From NCBI GenBank assembly GCA_030141605.1, contig JAQGDQ010001314.1, positions 1 to 32,360 of the forward strand: DNA of 32,360 bases. Reading direction: 5' to 3'. The DNA comes from Tubiluchus corallicola. Its lineage: Eukaryota; Animalia; Priapulida. Of this stretch, positions 11,182-23,389 are shown piece by piece; positions within the stretch are counted from its first letter, which is position 1, and every line of letters begins with the position of its first letter. The position numbers and the translations under genes were made by a program. The notes beneath the pieces were generated by a model that was given only the letters and a program-made list of their open reading frames with translations, made no database searches and had not been told where the DNA came from.

Positions 11182-12292
11182 TTCAACATTGCAATATTGG
11201 GAATGCGGTAGCTAGTACCATCGTAAATATATATATTGTGTAATTTAGCCGGATTGAATTAAATTTGTTAGTTTGATAGAAGCGTGACAGACGGCGCCAC
11301 TATAGAAAAAGCCATTAATTTTACTCATTTAGTGGTTTGCTGAATTCTGGTAAAAGTGTAATTTATATTTCTTTTTCACTATAGTGTAAGCTGTATAGTG
11401 CCACGAATTTAATCAAGAAAAAAAATATGTTTAGTTCATAATGAAAACCGCGTATTTTATTTGTTTTTCACTGCTGCTGCTCGTTGAGGCACTTGGGTTT
11501 AATGTCTGCGTATATATACGTCATACGAGTTCAGTAAATGTAACGCACGGTAATTCCCTTGGTATAACGAGGTATATGTCTGGACCAAAGTCAGTCATTC
11601 AGCGAAAATCTAAACATGCCAATTATTCAATCATGTACACAATTTTACGCGTTGGTCTTTCTGTACAAGTACATTAACAATATTACTATTTGTGTACCTA
11701 GGGCTGGCTCCACAACTAGACAGTTGCCTAGGACGACACATCCTGGAAGTAATTTTTTAGTTTTTAAGTTTAGCATAAGTAACGGGGTATAGTTGCTTAA
11801 GTGCACCACATTTTAATTAAATGAAAGGAGCTATTTACAACATTTTCTAGTAAAAATGTATGATTCTTCGGCATTAATGCATAGCTTCCCTCAGCAAAAC
11901 ACTTTCTATTTTTGCTTTACTTGGCTTATAAAGATTATATCATTTCATGCAGGTATAACTGATACCAAGCTCTTTTCCTCAATATATATTGTATGCATAG
12001 TGCAGCAGAGAAAATAACGGCTAATTCCCTTAATAAAAAAGTTTGTTGCAAAAGCATTTATCTAAATCTTCAGAATAAAAGGTAAAATGTTTAATTTAGT
12101 TCAGTGTTTGAATTGGGGTTAGTTGGAGGAACATGCATCGAAAAAAACCCCAAAGTGACCGTTTTTTGCAAATTTTATATCTGTTATTTCTAGGGAATAG
12201 GAATGCACTGTAGGCGGTACTAAAAATGACTGGATAGCCCATTCAACGATGGGTGTTATAGGGGACATCTAGAATTCTTGGGAGAACCATGG

Positions 12293-12676
12293 TGTGAAAG
12301 TTATAACTGTATATTTAGGTGCTGCCATCTATTGATTTGTTACTTTAAACATTTACTAGTTGAATTCACCCCTTAATGCAATTGTATGTTCCAATGAATA
12401 TTCAAACTCACTGTATCTCCCCTATTTTTCTGTAAATGGGATACGTGAAGCCATGTTTTTGCATAGTTCTTTACATATATAAACTGGCTAGATTCCACTT
12501 CTAGCCACTGTCTACTCATTCGTGATCACTGCAGGACACGCTGGTCCTCAGTGTAGCAGTCATGTTACATATAACTATGTAGTGCAATAAAAGTGTTTTA
12601 GTTTGTGCAAATATTTAATCTTGTGTTTAGTTGTTTATACCAGTGTTCAATTTCGTCTTCATAAATATCTTTCACA
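12293..12676 (+). mobile_element. Solo LTR, 384 bp, with perfect 5-bp TSD
   Basis: Termini TGTGAAAG...CTTTCACA (8-bp inverted), flanked by CATGG on both sides (12288-12292, 12677-12681); TATATAAA at 12476, AATAAA at 12586. Confidence 0.85.
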
Positions 12677-13249
12677 CATGGCTTCCCACAATTGAGCCAC
12701 CTGATTTTTTGGGAAATTTTAACTGAACACCGTGTAGAAAACTCATTCTAGCGGCACTTGGTGGGGTCGTTGAAGGAGATTTATAATTATTTGGTGAGGT
12801 GAATAATGTGTTACACAATGAGGTGGGTAACCTTTTAGGATGCCTCCGCCAGCAGAAATGGCCACGAGTTAATTGAAGATTTCATCTTGTAAGCTTGTTC
12901 AACCCATTGTACCATGCCTATAGATAACTTTTGCTCATTTGCTCATCTGGGGGCATTGCATTAGGTAAATCTGATAATATCTAGCAGCTTATTATAAGTG
13001 GAAGGAGGGTACATGAGCACTGCGTATATGACGCTCACGCATTTATAAGCAAAATGTTTTGCAGGGAGCTTGACTAATAACAAATAATTTGGTATGCTTT
13101 GCATACCATGATAATAGTAATCGCTACTGAATCATATAACTCTAGCATAGCGAGCCCTGCACTTGATTCCAGTACAGTCTTGGATAAAATTCAAAACTAC
13201 AATACCTTCATTTAAATGTTTACATAGTTAAACCCCCGGCTGTCTTTCA

Positions 13250-13265
13250 GAGCTGCTGCTGCTGC

Positions 13266-13296
<31 letters not shown>

Positions 13297-13685
13297 GCTG
13301 ACTGCTGCTGTGATCGTAGTGGTTTTTGTTGTAGTTGTGATTATTGTTGCTACTGCTGCTGTTATTATAGCATGTGGTACTGTCGTTGCCCTTGTTGCTT
13401 CTGGTGTTTTTCTTGTCATTGTCATTCTTATTGTTAGACATTATTGTTAGATGTTATTGATGTTGCTGGTGCTGTTGTTGTTTTAACTGCAGTTATTGTC
13501 GTCGTCATTGTGGCTGCTAATGTTTCTGTTGTTGATGATGGTGCTGCGGCTGCTGTTACTGTGCTGCTGGTGTTATTCTTGTTTTTGACATTGTCATTGT
13601 TGCTATAGTTGTCGTTGCTTTTCCTGTCGCACTTCCTGCTGCTGTAGTCGTTGCGGGTACTGCTACTCCTGCACTGTTACAGTTG
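13250..13685. repeat. Degenerate (CAA/CAG)n low-complexity tract (read on minus strand)
   Basis: (GCT)n(GTT)n core at 13252-13300 grading into degenerate GTT/GCT triplets. Confidence 0.85.
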
Positions 13686-13822
13686 TGGATCAATGAACAA
13701 TGATCAAAAAAAGTTAGGGTTACTGAGATTTTTTGTTTTTATCTAAAATTGCCTTTTACTTGGCTGCTTTCATGTACTGCATTTCCTTGGCCAACTTAAG
13801 TCAATAAAATAATCGCTCCCTT

Positions 13823-13823
<1 letters not shown>

Positions 13824-13882
<59 letters not shown>

Positions 13883-13922
13883 TCTCTCTCTGCCTCTCTT
13901 TCTCTCTCCCTCTCTCTCTCTT

Positions 13923-13957
<35 letters not shown>

Positions 13958-13988
13958 TTCCCTCTCTTGCTTTCTCTCTCTCCCTCTT
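13824..13988. repeat. (CT)n microsatellite
   Basis: Directly visible CT dinucleotide run with interruptions. Confidence 0.97.
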
Positions 13989-14501
13989 TTTAAAAATGAC
14001 TCATAATACTGCCTACCTACAACTGCGTTCAGTGCTCCTAATCTTTGAAATAAATCAATAGTTCATAAAGTGTCTGGTAATTAAAATATCACTCACCCAA
14101 GCGGCAGTCAGTGCAAAAAAATCTGCAAAAACAAAAAAGAAAAAAACACACACAAGTATATATGAACAATAAAATAAAATAAATTAAAATAATGATAATA
14201 AAAATTGCAGATCTCTCTCGTCACTTATGGAAATTCAAGTTTACACGCTGAAAGTATAAACCAGAATGACGCTGCTTTGCGCAAAGCCTTCCAAACTCGC
14301 GTAGTCTTGGAAACGCAAACGCAAGTCTAGAAAACAATGGGCGACTGTCATTGTTAACTTCCCAACCTTACATATATTATGCTATGAAAAATTTGAAAAC
14401 TTACCACCGTTCACACGTTACTCTATCACATTCTTTGCGAAAATATATATCCAGTGCATGCTAAAAGTGTTTATAAATTATGCAAGTATTCACTAAACAC
14501 A

Positions 14502-14503
14502 TT

Positions 14504-14540
<37 letters not shown>

Positions 14541-14639
14541 TTCTCTCTCTCGCTCTCTTTCTCTCTTTCTCTTTCTCTCTCTCCCTTTTTCTCTCTCTCT
14601 CTCTTTCTCTCTCTTGCTTTCTCTCGCCTCTCTCTCTCC

Positions 14640-14671
<32 letters not shown>

Positions 14672-14892
14672 TTCTCTCTCTCTCCCTGTCTATCTGCCTC
14701 TCTTTCTCTCTCTCTCTTGCTCCCTCTCTCTCTTTCCCTCTTGCTCTCTCTTTCTCTCTCTCTCTCTCTCTCTTGCTCTCTCTGTCTTGCTTTCTCTCTC
14801 TTTCTCTCTCTCCCTCGCTCTCTCTCTTTTGCTTTCTCTCTCTCTCTTACTCTCTTTCTCTCTTTTTCTCTCCTTCTCTCTCTTTGTCTCTT

Positions 14893-14930
<38 letters not shown>

Positions 14931-14979
14931 TCTCTTTCTCTCTCTCTTGCTTTCTCTCCCTCTCTCTCTTTCTCTCTTG

Positions 14980-15012
<33 letters not shown>

Positions 15013-15050
15013 TCCCTCTTTCTCTCACACACACACACATATATATATAT
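14502..15050. repeat. ~550-bp imperfect (CT)n polypyrimidine tract ending in (CA)n(TA)n
   Basis: Directly visible. Confidence 0.97.
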
Positions 15051-15333
15051 GCCACCGAAAATAAAATATACAAAATATATACCACTGATTAATATACACG
15101 ATGTCATTACCAAATATTATACTACCAGCAATGTTTATGATATAAAATTACTCTTGATATATAAAGGAATTGATTGTTGGTGACCTATATATAATTATTA
15201 ACTTGCTTTTCATTTAACCCATTATTTAAACAATGCGCGGCGCGAAATTGGAACTTTCATCTCCACTTCGGAATTAGACGTCAAGAGAGTAAAGTGTTTT
15301 TTTCTTCTGAACATCAGCATAATACTAACGAAT

Positions 15334-16640
15334 ATGCTTCCTTTCATCGTAAGTAATCATTGTATTTTTTTCAAAGTTTCTCCACTAGGCTCCGTGTGAG
15401 CGTTTAGTTTTGTTCACACAAGTTTTTATTTTTTTGCAAGTAAATTTTGTTGCAATTGTAAATTTTATCCTGATTTACCGATCAGCTGTCTGTGATGTTT
15501 TTCCAAGTATTTTGCTTATAAATATATAGATAAAATATTTTTAGTATATTAATTTTGTAGCTCTTAAATTATTTTCTTTAAACTTTTATAAACATTTATA
15601 AGTATTTTTATAATAACTTTAGATTTTCTTCAGTGTGTTTGCCATGGTAGCAAACGGAGGCAAAATTAACAAAAGCGTTGACTACGAATTAGCATTTATT
15701 ATCAAAGGGAAATATCTAAAGTGCTGATTTTAAGTCTAAAGTTTTATGAATAACATGTTGGGTTTAAAATGAATCTAAATGAAATAAAAAATAATTTTTC
15801 ATTTTGTTTGAAAAATCTTTGTTTTTTCCACAAAAATACGTCTATGTTACAGAAACTCGAAGGCTTGGACATACACCAGCCACGACACAGACCGGACGAC
15901 GAACGCAGACGAGAAAACGAACAACAGGCACAACAAGAACAACCAGTACAGCACGCAGAACTACAGCAAGAAGAACAGGCACAACAACAGGCACAACAAG
16001 AACAACAACATGAACATCAACATCAGCAACAAATAATTCAATTTATGACACACATGCAAACGCAACTAAACAGAATTTCTAACATACGACAATAGCAACA
16101 ACAACAACTGGAACAACAACACCACGAAAAGCAAACTTTATATCCGCAGCAACAAGATCATCAACAAAATCAATGACAACGTCATCAGAACAACAACAAC
16201 CAACACGTGCATTTTAGAAACAGAATCAGACGAGGGCAATACAAACCTCCACAAAGACGGTATCAGAGGCAGCCAAGTAGAGCGAACAATCAGTAAGTGT
16301 TTTGGTTTTAATTACACATTATACTCTAAAATGTTCTACTTCTGAATTTTCAAAATCTAATTCAAACCATTTTACTGAAATACTGAAATAGTACTAACTG
16401 CCACGTTGTTTTGAAACTGAATGTTGTAAAAATCACTCACAAAAACTAAGTATATTCTTCACATAAAAAAGAAAATGTTAAATAATTTTTAACAGTTTCA
16501 CATTATCATTTCAAACAATAATTCCATTATATTAATTAATATTAATTGAATTTCTAGTAGCAATCAACTACATTTTTTATTGTTGTAGATGCAGAGAGCA
16601 TGTTTTTAATTTTTTTAATGGACTTATGAATGGACTTTAA
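15334..16640 (+). pseudogene. Decayed spliced Gln-rich gene-like relic
   Basis: ATG CTT CCT TTC ATC|gtaagt (15334-15348); ttacag|KLEGLDIHQPRHRPDDERRR...Q-rich (15853-16292)|gtaagt with in-frame TAG at 16093 and TGA at 16174; ttgtag| acceptor at 16589 open in phase to TAA at 16638. Confidence 0.45.
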
Positions 16641-16729
16641 TGGAAACTCAAGAAGATTTGGCTACCCTTGAAAAAGACTAAAAAGAAGTTGGTGCAGATT
16701 CCGTTAAGTGAGAAGAAGACGAAGCAGAA

Positions 16730-17147
16730 TACTTAAAAGTTACTTATAATAAAGGGATCAGAATTTTGTTTAATCTACCTTGTGACTGCTCGGCTAGACA
16801 AATGTGTATAGAAACAAATTTACCATATTTTGATTTTATTATTAGATTTTTCACTAAAAATTAGAGCTACTGACACCTACAATGAATTGATAAGTAATAT
16901 ATTTAAAAGTGACTGTTTATTTATAATCTAGGTTGTATATTGTATAAGCATTGGAATAAATGCGTACATACTGTAGCCCAATAAAGCAAAGTTGTAAATA
17001 TTGTAAATACTTAATTAACTGCATTTAATTGTGAGACACTACTAACTGATATTGTATATTGATTTGTATGCATAATGTTTGTTTGTTAACTATAATTTGC
17101 ATTGTAATATGGACTTTGTTCTGAAATAAAAATATTCAATCAAAAAA
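16730..17147 (+). mobile_element. 3' fragment of an RTEX-like LINE
   Basis: LKVTYNKGIRILFNLPCDCSARQMCIETNLPYFDFIIR...NELISNIFKSD...W resembles the RTEX ORF2 C-terminus; ends CTGAAATAAA...TTCAATCAAAAAAA. Confidence 0.65.
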
Positions 17148-17430
17148 AACATGAATATTTCCGGCAAGCATAAAGCATCAATCTTCAGCTTTTCTATGGT
17201 AGAGGGCACCACTAACAATTTCTAATTAGGCCTCGCACTTCATAGCACCGGCCCCGAACCTCACAATACGATACATACTGAGTTAATGGATACTGGTTTT
17301 AATTAAAAACCTTGATTAAGTTGTTCATATATTATGGCTGCTAGATTAAGCTGTTGGTATCACGGACGACGGCACCATTTGCGGCGATCTATACATCAGC
17401 CGCGGCCATGGGTGGTGCTGGCTATGGATA

Positions 17431-17710
17431 GATAGCCCGTTTAGCGGTGGGTGTCATAGGCATATTTAGAATTTGCGAGAGGGTCATGGTGTCCCATGAC
17501 GGGCGTTGTCCCGGACCCAACTCTCGATTTTTTCGAAATTTTTGCCAAACAGCCTGCAGAAAAAACGTTCTAGTGGCGCCTGGTGGGGTTCTCAGAAGGA
17601 GATATATAGCTGTTTAGAAAGAGGAAGAACAGGGCTACACGATGATGTGGGTTATATTTTAGCACACATCCACCCAGAGGAGTACCGACGAGTTAATTAG
17701 ATGTTCTATT
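17431..17710. repeat. Old interspersed repeat; diverged uninterrupted copy of 12233-12292 + 12682-12890
   Basis: Shared collinear words GATAGCCC, GGGTGTxATAGG, TAGAATT, CATGG, GAAATTTT, TTCTAG, TGGTGGGGT, GAAGGAGAT, ACGAGTTAATT. Confidence 0.7.
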
Positions 17711-19754
17711 TTCGGCAATTTTCGCATAGAAAACTGCTGACGCAAAGCCATTGTTCTGACGTCATCCATTATACTCTGTCTGTAACCTTATAGCTTTAAT
17801 TCAGTAAAAGCTGCTACTGGCTTTGTGTTATCAATGAGGACAATGTAAGATGTTCGCGTATTTTTGATTATACGTGTATTTATACGCAAAATTTTTTGCA
17901 GGGCCTTTGCTAGTTATTAAATTAAGATTAAAGGAGATTAAATTTTTCTTCCTTAAGCTTTACCACCTATCCACATTTGAGATACCAATGTCACATTTGA
18001 CTTGACATATGTGTCTACATCTGACTTACCAAAAACGCTTAAGATTTCTTGAAAACCATTGTTAACAAATTTGAACTACCAAAGTCTACATTTGAGTTAA
18101 CGCAGGTCTACATTTGACATGTAAAACCTATACTAAGTCTAATTTAATCTATCTACACTAGCAAATTGAATTACTGAAACATCATAATGCAAATTAAGGT
18201 ATTGTGCAATAGTAAATTATGCGCACAACTGAAATTGGTTTGGTCAAAATATGGATTACAACGTCACACCAGACGTGCTTGAGATACTGAATTGAATGAT
18301 GATCTAAACGTATTCTACTGTCGTCATCGTTGTCCTCATCATTGTTGTCACTTTTTTACAGGAGAGCCAGAGGTTGTACGAGATCGTGCCGGCGACTGTT
18401 TGCACTCAATCTGGTAACGCTGCAGTGTGAACGCATCTAAAGCCTTGATTAAATGACCGCTGGGGGCTGAAGATTGTGGACTACATGATATGTCCATATT
18501 TTCGCGGCTAGTGAGGTCAGCGGTAGATGCGGCACGCGTCCGGTAAGTGAGCTTGCCATGTGTAGAGCTATTCGTACAAAACACACCTATACCGTTGCCG
18601 AATGTATGACACCGTCGTATGTAAACCGCATGTAAACTACAAAAAATGTGAATATGCCTTAACTGAGTATTACCATGGATACTACATTTTATCTTGTCTT
18701 AGATGAGCTTAGCCTTTTGATCACTTAACGTAAAAGACTGTTAAAATACTTGCAAAAGAACGAATTGGCATTAAAACATTTCTAAATTTATTTTACTGAA
18801 ACATACTAAAACTGTACAATAGGCAAACATTTAGTAGACTGTTTACAAATATTTTTGTATCTTATCATGTTTTAACGTGTAGTAACAACAGTAATATTAA
18901 CAATATTACATCCACATTATATATTATCGATTTTATTACCTTATTTTTTATTACAATATTTTATTACATATATTTTATTGTAAACATCCTGCGTAGCCTT
19001 TTTCGTAAACGTTGCAAAAAATCCGCATATATACACGACTTGAGCCAATTAGTGAAGTTCGTTAATTACATACAAACTGTATTATGCAATGTATAATAAA
19101 TAAAAATAATTACGATTTTCTATTAGTTGGTCGTTTTTGTGTGCAAATCATGATCAAGCATCACAGTATAAAAGAATGATGACTCATTTACATCGAATTC
19201 GATGCAGATAATACATTTGCATCCATTGTATCTATGTAACTATGTTGCTATAATGTAAATCAATTTATACGCAGGGTGTAAATTGCTACTACACGACAAG
19301 GGGAAATTTTAAAACCTCCTTCGTTACTGATCCATTATTTACACCAAAAACGACACCCTTGCTGTTGAATAAAATGTTTTCACCGAAAAGACAATGGGAA
19401 AATATCCAAGGTGTGAGTCAAAAAACAACAATGGCGCCTATTCAATTCAATTTCAATATAATTATCTCTTTAGAATGCTACAATTATAGTAAACGAAGTC
19501 CCTTCACCTAAACGTTTGGGGGCAACGAACTCAATGTAAAAAAGTCACAGGAAAAGGACAAACAACCCAAACCAAAACCCTAAGATTGAACAAAACGTGA
19601 ATTTTTCCGCAAACAAGTAATGTATATAAATAGCGTTGTCAGCAAGTACAAGTCAGGTATTGCCAGTCAATAACCAATCTAAAATACTTTTTGTTTCATT
19701 ACTTTAATTGTTTATGGTTGTTAAATAAATTCCTACTGACTTGAATATTTTTAT

Positions 19755-21420
19755 TTCCTAGCCAAAATTGTGACGTGTTTCCTAGGCAAAATTGTGACTT
19801 TTTTCCTACCACCATGAATTCATTGTGACTATTATCCCTGTGACTTTTTTCCTTGGCGAAATTGTGACTTTTTTGCCTCTATGAATTAATTTTGGCTGTT
19901 ATCCCTGTGACTCTTTTTCTAGGCGAAATTGTGACTTTTTTCCTGCGTCCATGAATTAATTTGGACTATTATCCCTGTGACTTTTTTCCTAGGCGAAATT
20001 TTGACGTTTTTCCTGCCTCCATGAATTAATTTGGACTATTATCCCTGTGACTTTTTTCCTAGGCAAAATTGTGACTTTTTTCCTACCGCAATGAATTCAT
20101 TGTGACTATTATCCCTGTGACTTTTTTCCTTGGCGAAATTGTGACTTTTTTGCCTCTATGAATTAATTTTGGCTGTTATCCCTGTGACTCTTTTTCTAGG
20201 CGAAATAGTGACTTTTTTCCTACCTACATGTATTCATCGTAACTGTTATCCCTGTGACTTTTCCTAGGCGAAATTGTGACTTTTTTCCTGCCTCCATGAA
20301 TTAATTTGGACGATTATCCCTGTGACTTTTTTCCTAGGCGAAATTGTGACGTTTTTCGTGCAAACATGAATTAATTGTGGCTATTATCCCTGTGACTTTT
20401 TTCCTAGGCGAAATTGTGACTTTTTTCCTGCCCCCATGAATTAATTTGGACTATTATCCCTGTGACTCTTTTGTAGGCGAAATTGTGACGTTTTTCCTGC
20501 CTCCATGAATTAATTGTAGCTACTATCCCTGTGACTTTTTTCCTAGGCGAAATTTTGACGTTTTTCCTAGGCAAAATTGTGACTTTTTTCCTACCACCAT
20601 GAATTCATTGTGACTATTATCCCTGTGACTATTTTCCTTGGCGAAATTGTGACTTTTTTGCCTCTATGAATTAATTTTGGCTGTTATCCCTGTGACTCTT
20701 TTTCTAGGCGAAATTGTGACTTTTTTCCTGCGTCCATGAATTAATTTGGACTATTATCCCTGTGACTTTTTTCCTAGGCGAAATTTTGACGTTTTTCCTG
20801 CCTCCATGAATTAATTTGGACTATTATCCCTGTGACTTTTTTCCTAGGCAAAATTGTGACTTTTTTCCTACCGCAATGAATTCATTGTGACTATTATCCC
20901 TGTGACTTTTTTCCTTGGCGAAATTGTGACTTTTTTGCCTCTATGAATTAATTTTGGCTGTTATCCCTGTGACTCTTTTTCTAGGCGAAATTGTGACTTT
21001 TTTCCTACCTACATTTATTCATCGTAACTGTTATCCCTGTGACTTTTCCTAGGCGAAATTGTGACTTTTTTCCTGCCTCCATGAATTAATTTGGACGATT
21101 ATCCCTGTGACTTTTTTCCTAGGCGAAATTGTGACGTTTTTCGTGCAAACATGAATTAATTGTGGCTATTATCCCTGTGACTTTTTTCCTAGGCGAAATT
21201 GTGACTTTTTTCCTGCCCCCATGAATTAATTTGGACTATTATCCCTGGGACTTTTTGTCCTAGGCGAAATTGTGACGTTTTTCGTGCCTCCATGAATTAA
21301 TTGTGGCTACTATCCCTGTGACTCTTTTGTAGACGAAATTGTGACTTTTTCCTGCCTCCATGAATTAATTGTGACTATTATCCCTGTGACTTTTTTCCTA
21401 GGCGAAATTGTGACTTTGTT
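19755..21420. repeat. ~70-bp satellite array, ~24 units, with a 785-bp higher-order duplication
   Basis: ATCCCTGTGA at 19901, 19971, 20041, 20111...; monomer approx. ATCCCTGTGACTTTTTTCCTAGGCGAAATTGTGACTTTTTTCCTGCCTCCATGAATTAATTTGGACTATT. Confidence 0.95.
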
Positions 21421-23250
21421 CTGTGGCTTTCTTCCTGTGATGTTATCACCAATCACGGGGGGGGGGTGACATAGTTCAGACCCGCAAACTGAAATGAGGC
21501 ATGAGCGAAAATATTCGTAGACAAGCTCGGATTTATGACCCGGCGCGTAATAGTTAGCAACTGGTAAGGTCATTTTGACTAGCTGAAGATCATGGGGAAA
21601 AAACGTTAGTCGAACTGAATCGAGCCACGATCCATGATAGTTTCGGATCAATTACATTTTTATTTTAAGTACTGGTGTAGAGGTGGGGACGGCTCCCTCA
21701 TCCCGTAACTTCCAAGTAGCCTCAACATAAAATAATAATGAAAATACTGAGCATTTTATTCAGCACAATATACAATACGAACATCAGTAAAATCATTGTA
21801 GTAGAACTAGTAGTAGAAAACCATCCCACTGCCTGCATTATACGACAAAAAACTTGTGAACAAACATGGAAGATTTGAAGAACATTTCCCAGTAAAAGGC
21901 GCACCGTGAGGAACCACAATAAAGCACAAACACAAGATCTTCTTCTTGGTGCTGTCCAGAGGCATACCAGTAGCCTCAATAAAAATTATTTATTAATGTT
22001 TTCTGTGTCAGAATTTGTGTTAATTTAACGCTTTTTGTGTAAATTATCATTGCAAAACTTGCATGCTCATAGTAAATCTATTAATAAATTCAAAAAGAAC
22101 AAAGCTAAGTAAAGCCACCCATCATGTCCACGCGCCGCTGCAACGATGAAATTCAGTTCTGGGGGGGGGGGGGGAGACATGCCGAGAAGTTACAGGAGTC
22201 AGATATTTTAATATAAAAATTCTTCGGGGACAGCCAACAGAAAAGTGTGTGCATGCCAAATTTCAGGACCTCCAAGAGAAATTTTACAAGGCGGTACAAG
22301 ATCCCTTTGGGCACTGACGCAGGAAACAATTTTCTTAAACCTGAGGATTTGATGTCTAGTACATCTACATGTAAGCTCTTAGAAATTCTTTATTTCCATG
22401 ATCAAATATAACATAATGTAGCAAACGTATTCAATCAATGCAGCAACAGTGTAGCAGACTTTTTTTGTTGATCTTACAAATTCGTGCACGAGGCGCCATC
22501 TGTGGCGGGAATGTAAAGCTTTTGGTTTTGCCCAGTTTGCTACCTGCTGGTCACCTCTCTGTTTTACTCACCTGTGTTCTGAACAGTCAGGTTAATCCAC
22601 TTTATAGGATATTTGAGACATTTATGTACTAATTATGTTACAATAAAGCATTCAATGGTATTAACCTCTGTTACCAGTGTTTCTGTGACTACAAACACAT
22701 TTACGGTTACATTTGCCAATCACCTTTTAGGCTTTTTCATAGTGAAATGCTTTTTAGACGTTCATGATAATTTCCTTCAAAGGGAAATTTTTCTTAAAGA
22801 AAGAAATTTAACATTTAACAACAGTACTAATTAAATGTGTTGGAGCACTAAAACAAGAAGCAAATGTGGTGTGATAAGTGTAGTGATGTTTGAGTATGTG
22901 AATGTATGTCGAGCTGGGGGTAGTAGAAAGTGTTTGTTCTCAAGGGGGGGGGATGGTTGCTGTGGCCCTTCTGATCTCTCGGGCCCCGCAACAAAGCACC
23001 GACTGCATCTCCCTCTCATAGGCCCTGGCGAATTTTGAATCTGTTATATCTGGTAAATTAAGGAATATATTGTCGTTCACATCTTCAATGTTCAACCCAC
23101 CACGAGCATAGACGTCATTATTACATATTGACCAGCCATCCACGATATCTCTACACAAGACATTTGAGCCCTATGCTTAACTATTAGTTTCCGCTCTTGA
23201 ACTGTTGCCAACAGTGGTTTCAGTGGCAACAATTCTGCCACAGGTACATA

Positions 23251-23251
<1 letters not shown>

Positions 23252-23323
<72 letters not shown>
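23252..23323. repeat. (ATT)24 microsatellite
   Basis: Directly visible perfect run. Confidence 0.97.
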
Positions 23324-23389
23324 GTACAACAAGATACACTTGCGTTACCGTGAAAAAGAGCAGAAATCGTTTGGTAATAACACACGTGT

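Noticed and set aside
13821-15183. LSLSLS/RERERE ORFs (also 28086-28883, and poly-I/Y/L ORFs at 23092-23457)
   Set aside because: Translations of (CT)n, (GT)n and (ATT)n microsatellites.
19755-21420. CRISPR-like regular repeat
   Set aside because: No unique spacers (whole monomers repeat), no cas genes, eukaryotic context.
22287-23027. Possible second hAT-like MITE (CAAGGCGG...GGCCCTG)
   Set aside because: Termini match poorly and no clean 8-bp TSD; the alternative left end CAGGGCCT at 17899 also lacks a TSD.
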